Translations under genes and position numbers: made by a program
In this document: piece after piece, positions 57,896 to 64,000 of the stretch
Numbering within the stretch: position 1 is the stretch's first letter
How the letters are laid out: each line of letters begins with the position of its first letter
NCBI GenBank assembly: GCA_000092065.1
Contig: CP000588.1
Direction: 5' to 3' (one strand)
Length of the DNA: 64,000 nucleotides
Origin: Ostreococcus lucimarinus
Lineage: Eukaryota
Notes under the pieces: model-generated
Seen by the model: only the letters and a program-made list of their open reading frames with translations
What the model was told of the DNA's origin: nothing
Database searches by the model: none

Positions 57896-59611
57896 ATGCC
57901 CGCGGCGACGCACGACCGCGCTTTGGCGTCCATGGTGAACGAACGCTTCAAACTCCACGGTTTGTCCCTGATGGGTGACGCCATGCGCGCCGTCTTAAAA
58001 CACGTCGCGCACGTCGCGCCCGCGACGAGCGAGCGCGAAGCGGTGGACCAGGTGTTGAAAACGCTATCGCGCACGGAACTGTCCAGCGGTGTGCTGCAAA
58101 AAGCGACGATTGAATCGGCGATCGAGAGAGGATTGGCGGAAGGGACGATCGAGGCGGTCGAGCGCGGCGCGCGAGAGATGGACGTCGACGGCGGCGAAGA
58201 CGACGAGGGCGAAGCGATGACGGAGACGGCGGCGGCGATGGTGCACAGCGATGGTTTGACGATATGTGACGCGTTTAAGACGAAAAGATACGCGTATGAT
58301 TCGCAGCGACGGATGTTTGATGAGGCGAGCAAGACGGCGAAGATTGAGAGCGCCGCCGAGTCGAAAATCGACTTGTATAGGGATCGGTTCTTGTTGTTGC
58401 AGCAGCGCTTGTCGCGGTCAAGGCAGTTCGCGAAGCCGACGTTGCAGACGTCCTCGACCGAGGGCATCGCGGAGTTGACGTCGATTCAGTCGTTGTTAGG
58501 GGTGAGCAAGGAGACGAAGTTTATCATGGGATGTTTGAGTCAATTGGAGGACGAACGGTTTTACATGGAGGATTTGACGGGGACGGTGCGAGTTGATTTG
58601 ACGGCGTGCGAGCGCAGCGCGGGGTTGTTCACGGAGAATTGCATCGTGATCGCGCAGGGTGAGGTGCGACCGGACGGGGTGTTTGAGGTCATGGCGTTGA
58701 CGTTTCCCCCGGCGGAGACGCGAGCGGCGACGAGAAACGCGACGAACGCTTTGGATTTCTTCGGCGCGGGGCACATCTTGCGACCGAACGAGCTGGAGGA
58801 GCTCGAAGAGAAGGAACTTGAACGCGTCGGTGAGAGGTTTATCGTGTTGTCGGACGTTTGGCTCGACCAACCACGCACTTTTGATAGATTGGCAAAAATG
58901 TTTGACGCGTTTGACTCGCAAGAGGAAGACGTGCCGGGATTGATTGTCTTCATGGGAGATTTCACATCGAAACCGTTCGGCCCGACGCACTACGACTTTC
59001 GCGCGTATACCGAAGGCTTTGACAAACTCGCGGAGTTGCTGGAGGAATATCCGCGCTTGCGACAGGAAAGTCGGTTCGTCTTCATCCCTGGTCCGGGCGA
59101 TCCCGGTTTGAACGCCGCGCTTCCGCGCCCGGGATTGCAATCATCCGTCATCGGTTCTCTGCTGGAGAAGGTTCCGCGCGCGCAATTCGCGAGTAACCCG
59201 GCAAAAATTAGATACTTTTCGCAAGATCTCGTGTTCTTTCGCGACGACTTGCAGGCGAAGATGCGCAGAAACTGTTTGATGCCGCCCGACGACGATAAAC
59301 TGCCGGAAATCGCGCCCGGCGACGAGTGGGCGAACCGCCCGGTGTTCAAGCATCTCGCGGCTACCATGGTGCAGCAGGCGCACTTATGCCCGTTACCGAT
59401 CACACAAAGCCCGATTTATTGGGAATACGACCACTCGTTGTGGTTGTATCCGGCGCCAAACTGTATTTTCTTAGGCGATCGAACCGAGCAACAATCGCTG
59501 GCCAACTTTGAGGAGACTTCGCTCGCGAATCCCGGATGCTTTTCCGACGACGGGTCGTTCTTGCTGTACATCCCCGCCACGGGTGAGTGTTCGTTCTCAG
59601 CCGTGCCGTGA
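57896..59611 (+). CDS. POLE2: DNA polymerase epsilon subunit B (POLE2/Dpb2)
   Basis: N-terminal helical domain, OB fold and inactive phosphoesterase domain (FIVLSDVWLD, LIVFMGDF, FVFIPGPGDPG, CPLPITQSPIYWEYDHSLWLYP). Confidence 0.85.
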   Translation: MPAATHDRALASMVNERFKLHGLSLMGDAMRAVLKHVAHVAPATSEREAVDQVLKTLSRTELSSGVLQKATIESAIERGLAEGTIEAVERGAREMDVDGGEDDEGEAMTETAAAMVHSDGLTICDAFKTKRYAYDSQRRMFDEASKTAKIESAAESKIDLYRDRFLLLQQRLSRSRQFAKPTLQTSSTEGIAELTSIQSLLGVSKETKFIMGCLSQLEDERFYMEDLTGTVRVDLTACERSAGLFTENCIVIAQGEVRPDGVFEVMALTFPPAETRAATRNATNALDFFGAGHILRPNELEELEEKELERVGERFIVLSDVWLDQPRTFDRLAKMFDAFDSQEEDVPGLIVFMGDFTSKPFGPTHYDFRAYTEGFDKLAELLEEYPRLRQESRFVFIPGPGDPGLNAALPRPGLQSSVIGSLLEKVPRAQFASNPAKIRYFSQDLVFFRDDLQAKMRRNCLMPPDDDKLPEIAPGDEWANRPVFKHLAATMVQQAHLCPLPITQSPIYWEYDHSLWLYPAPNCIFLGDRTEQQSLANFEETSLANPGCFSDDGSFLLYIPATGECSFSAVP

Positions 59612-59675
59612 GAGACTAGTCGTTGTTTGTAATTCTCAAGGAGTGCTAATAACTAAAAGCTGTCTACAGTATCAC

Positions 59676-60995
59676 CTAATTCCGCGACGCGGTTCGCTTA
59701 TACCCGGACCAGCGCTTTGACTTTTTCTCGTGCCATCCGTCAAAGCCTCGTCGTGGCTCGAACATTTTTGGGTGCTCGAATAACTCTGTCTTTGCGGCGT
59801 CGTATTTTTCGTCGGCTTCGCGCTTCGCGCGCGCGTACGCCTCAAGCGTAAACGTCGGCGAATCCCCGACGTCTTCGCCGAGCAGACTTAAATACAACTC
59901 GTACAGCGCCGCCTTGGACGTCGAAGGCGCGCTCGCGTCTTCGTGAAGAAACGTCCCCGTTTTCCCGTTCAACGCCTCCGCCGCGTCGTCGCCGTCGCAC
60001 CATATCATCGCGAACGGGTTTTCAAACACTGCCCCCTCTTCCACGTCCATCGGTACGTCGTCGAACACCACGGCGGTTTCCATCAACGCGGGATGCGTCG
60101 TCGCGAAGCCGCCGCACGACGAGCGAAACCCATCCACGCGACAACACATCGCTCGACACAAGTGCGGCTCGGAAAACTTTCGTCCGATAGTAATCGTCTC
60201 CACGTACAAAGGTTCGCGCATGAACCGTCGCAGCAGCGCGCCTTGATACCCGACCACGTTCCACACGCACAACTTGTCGCTACACGTCAACGCCTCGTCG
60301 CCGTCTCCGCGCGCCGGCGCCGTCCCCGCCGCGAGCTCCCCGCGCGTCACCATATCGCGCAAGACCTCAGGGACGTCTTCGTCTTTGCTCGCCTTGATGA
60401 CTTTGACGCACAGCGCCACCTGCCCCGCATCCGTCGCCGATCGACTCAACGTCTCGTGCGGTTCGCTCGGCGCGTTCGCCGTCCCGAGCTCGTCCCGTCG
60501 TTTCGTCGACCGTCCTTTCGCCCACCGCCGCACGCACGCGTTTCCGCACGGCGCCGAACTGACGTATAAATGTAAGCTCAGGCCATCCTTAACCTTGACG
60601 TCGCCTTCGCGCGTCCGCACGACGACATCGCCGTCGTTCGCGTCGCCGCCGCGAAGCGCCGCGCGCGCGTCCCGCAGCAAAAACTTCTTCAACCCTCGCC
60701 GCGCCAGCACCTCCGCGTGGCAGTCCACGAGCGCGCGTCCGGTGGTGCACGCGTACCGTCCCAGTGTTTTCGTGCCGACGCCGAGCGACAGGACGCGCAG
60801 GGAATCGCGCGCGTCGTCGCGTAAGATGAAGGCGGCGAGCACGGTGCGCACGGGAAACTCAGCGACGTCGACGCCGCACGACGCGCGCTGCGCGGCGTAG
60901 GCATCGATGGCGCATCGCGCGATGCGGTCCGCGAGCGCGCACGTCCCCGCGCGAGGCTTTTCGGCCAGGCGCGTGCGTTTGGGCGGCGGGGCCAT
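59676..60995 (-). CDS. ADAT1: tRNA-specific adenosine deaminase 1 (ADAT1/Tad1, A_deamin domain)
   Basis: Deaminase zinc ligands DCHAEVLARR ... SAPCG ... ; KLCVWNVVGYQGALL. ATG at 60993-60995. Confidence 0.8.
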   Translation of the reverse strand: MAPPPKRTRLAEKPRAGTCALADRIARCAIDAYAAQRASCGVDVAEFPVRTVLAAFILRDDARDSLRVLSLGVGTKTLGRYACTTGRALVDCHAEVLARRGLKKFLLRDARAALRGGDANDGDVVVRTREGDVKVKDGLSLHLYVSSAPCGNACVRRWAKGRSTKRRDELGTANAPSEPHETLSRSATDAGQVALCVKVIKASKDEDVPEVLRDMVTRGELAAGTAPARGDGDEALTCSDKLCVWNVVGYQGALLRRFMREPLYVETITIGRKFSEPHLCRAMCCRVDGFRSSCGGFATTHPALMETAVVFDDVPMDVEEGAVFENPFAMIWCDGDDAAEALNGKTGTFLHEDASAPSTSKAALYELYLSLLGEDVGDSPTFTLEAYARAKREADEKYDAAKTELFEHPKMFEPRRGFDGWHEKKSKRWSGYKRTASRN

Positions 60996-61066
60996 TGTGG
61001 CGCGCGACGGTTGGCGCTCGGCGACGAAGGCGCGCGGCGAGACGAGCGTGATTATTAAATCGTCGG

Positions 61067-62689
61067 TTAACCTTGCTTGCCGAGCTCGAGCTTGCGGCGC
61101 ACGAGGGCGAGTGAGTTGAACAAAACGCCGTCGGCGATGCCCATGACGGAGTACACGCCGCCGATGATGGCCATGAGACTGGTGATGAATGAGTAAAACG
61201 CCATCTTTTCCTCGGAGACGACGATTTGCATCGGGCTCGGTTGGTAATGAAACTTTGCCTTTGGAAGCGGTTCGTGCACGGCGTGAGAGTGCTGGGTGTA
61301 CTCGTACACGCTGAACGGAAGGGTGTATCGCCCGCGCGGAGTGATGGTCGTGAGGACGGTTTGTAAATAGTGCTCGTGAGAGACGTGCGCGGCGTTGGAG
61401 ACGAAGCGCTCGCTCGCGAGTCTGTCGTGCCAGTCGCCCGCTTTTTCTCCGGCGTGAAACTTTTCCAGGTAACGTCTACGTTCGTCGCTGAGTTGATGTC
61501 CAAAGTAAAAGTGGTTGACGACGTGCGTCATGTTCATCGTTTCACCGTGGAACGAGTGATCCGGAGAGGACGCGCTGATCCACAAGTGCCCGGGAACTTT
61601 CTTCACGAGCACGAAACCGGTGATGGCGCACCCCGGGCCGATGATGCGCTTTTGCATATCGACGCTCGCCGGAAGCCGAAGCTTCATGTTTTCCTCCTGC
61701 GCCGCCTCTATGCTCGACTCACCCACCGGCTCCGGCGGTGGCACGAGCGTGTCCACAAACTGCGTCAGCCCATCCACCGTGCGCGGACCCTTGTAAAACG
61801 CGTGCTCGCGCTTGCCCTCGTGCATCAAAATGTCGGTGCCGTGAGTGAAAATGCGAATCGTGGGGTATCCCGTCACGACTTGCGCCATGCAAAACTTTTC
61901 GTGCACCACGCAATCAATCTTCGTGAACAGCACGCGCGACTTCGTCCCGGGCGGGTACTTTTCGTGCACCGCGAGCCCCGCGGCTTCGTACACGGGCTCG
62001 AGCCTCTGACACCACGGACACCACGGCGCGTAGAAATTCACCAACACCACCGCGTGCGTCGGATCCTTCACCATCGCTTGCAGTTCGTCCAGATCCGCGA
62101 TCTCGTACACCACGTGCGCGTGCCCATCCGCGGGCCTATTCGACTCCTGCAGCACCTTGAGCGCCTCCTTGTGCCGCGCCACCCTCTCCTCGGCGCGCGT
62201 CGTCTCCTCGTCGCTCGCCTTGAGCACCTCGTCCACCGCTCGGTCCCACTGCAGCGGCCCGATCGCTCGCATGTCCGCGTCGATCGCCCGCTTAAACACC
62301 GTCTTCGTGAGATTGAACCGATTCAATCCCAGGGCGTCGCCGACGTCCACGCTCGCGAACTCGCACGACAGCGCGGGAAACGAAAGATTAAAGTTGATTC
62401 GCAGCAATTCCCCATCCACGCTCCGATCCACCACCACCTTGGTGTCGAACGAGCTCGACGAGTAACTCCGCAGTTCGCTGAGCAACAGAAACGTCATCAA
62501 CACCGCGGCGAAGATGGATATCACGCTCCCGCTCACCGTGCCCTCCGTCATGTCGCGCGGGAGTTTGCGATAAAAGTCTACGCTTCGAAACGCGCGTCCG
62601 AGCCTCGTGGGGGCGTGCGCGCCGCCGAACGGGGCCCCGTGCGGGGCGCCGAAGGCGCCACCGCCGCGCACCGCCGTCGGGCGCTGCAT
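61067..62689 (-). CDS. PDI-like 5-3/5-4 type protein: ERGIC_N, thioredoxin domain (WCPWC), COPII-coated ERV C-terminal domain
   Basis: FYRKLPRDMTEGTVSGSVISIFAAVLMTFLLLSEL (ERGIC_N), VLVNFYAPWCPWCQRLEPVYE (Trx), C-terminal MAFYSFITSLMAIIGGVYSVMG. ATG at 62687-62689. Confidence 0.8.
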   Translation of the reverse strand: MQRPTAVRGGGAFGAPHGAPFGGAHAPTRLGRAFRSVDFYRKLPRDMTEGTVSGSVISIFAAVLMTFLLLSELRSYSSSSFDTKVVVDRSVDGELLRINFNLSFPALSCEFASVDVGDALGLNRFNLTKTVFKRAIDADMRAIGPLQWDRAVDEVLKASDEETTRAEERVARHKEALKVLQESNRPADGHAHVVYEIADLDELQAMVKDPTHAVVLVNFYAPWCPWCQRLEPVYEAAGLAVHEKYPPGTKSRVLFTKIDCVVHEKFCMAQVVTGYPTIRIFTHGTDILMHEGKREHAFYKGPRTVDGLTQFVDTLVPPPEPVGESSIEAAQEENMKLRLPASVDMQKRIIGPGCAITGFVLVKKVPGHLWISASSPDHSFHGETMNMTHVVNHFYFGHQLSDERRRYLEKFHAGEKAGDWHDRLASERFVSNAAHVSHEHYLQTVLTTITPRGRYTLPFSVYEYTQHSHAVHEPLPKAKFHYQPSPMQIVVSEEKMAFYSFITSLMAIIGGVYSVMGIADGVLFNSLALVRRKLELGKQG

Positions 62690-62796
62690 CGGACGCGTCG
62701 CGAAGTGTCCGCGCGCCGCCGCGCGTCCGAATCTTCATCGTCCACGATCCTCGCGTCGACGGGACGGGTCGCGACTCAAGCGTAGGGGTACTCTGC

Positions 62797-62806
62797 ATAT
62801 ATTACA
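62797..62806 (+). promoter_or_regulatory. TATA-like element (CATATATTACAC) about 200 bp upstream of the alpha-tubulin ATG
   Basis: Only AT-rich motif in the 318-bp divergent spacer between the PDI-like gene and the tubulin gene. Speculative. Confidence 0.2.
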
Positions 62807-63006
62807 CAAAAAAACGCCGTGTGTGGTAAAAAACGACCCCGCGCGCGTCAACGCGACGGTTCGCGTCCGGCGCGCGTCCGCCATTCTCCGGCGCGCCATC
62901 GCAGCGACCTCATCTCGCTCGACGCCCGCTCGATCGACCGCATCGCGCCGACCGCATCGCGCGACTTCCAGCGTTCCAACGACTTTGAATTCTTCGCCGA
63001 GACGAC

Positions 63007-63104
63007 ATGCGCGAGGTGATCTCCATTCACATCGGTCAAGCCGGGGTGCAAACCGGGAACTCGTGCTGGGAGTTGTACTGCCTCGAACACGGGATCCAGC
63101 CGGA
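63007..63104 (+). CDS. TUBA: Alpha-tubulin, exon 1 ([33 protein letters not shown]-)
   Basis: ATG at 63007. Exon ends in phase 2 (GA) before the GTGCGT donor at 63105. Confidence 0.85.

Positions 63105-64000
<896 letters not shown>

Overview
This is GC-rich (~65-70%), very gene-dense eukaryotic nuclear DNA: I count about 44 protein-coding genes in 64 kb, on both strands, with intergenic spacers often under 150 bp. Most genes are intronless here. Three short introns were found, all with a GTGCG donor, a CTGAC branch motif 25-35 nt upstream of the acceptor, and a CAG acceptor. The gene content points to a photosynthetic picoeukaryote, probably a prasinophyte green alga of the Micromonas/Ostreococcus type. 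That content includes nuclear-encoded Psb27 with a twin-arginine thylakoid signal, the PPDK regulatory protein, a chloroplast HPP nitrite-transporter family protein, a selenocysteine-containing glutathione peroxidase, organellar AspRS, DusA and MetAP1, and alpha-tubulin, Sec23, PRP16, Ku70, POLE2, nicastrin and PEN-2. The taxonomic call is inference from gene content and composition. No prokaryote-style operon, CRISPR array, defence island or mobile element is supported by the sequence. Many long ORFs in the supplied track are antisense or frame-shifted artefacts of GC-rich codon bias (Arg/Ala-rich), and I did not call them. The most notable items are: a GPx selenoprotein gene with an in-frame TGA at the catalytic position and a SECIS-like element; a membrane-anchored beta-lactamase-fold protein that appears to have lost its catalytic SxxK; an OvoA-C-terminal-like methyltransferase with an AT-rich Cys/His-rich insertion; two gamma-secretase subunits; and extremely tight or overlapping gene ends. 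Coordinates of trimmed start codons were computed from the ORF-track frames and may be off by 1-3 nt.
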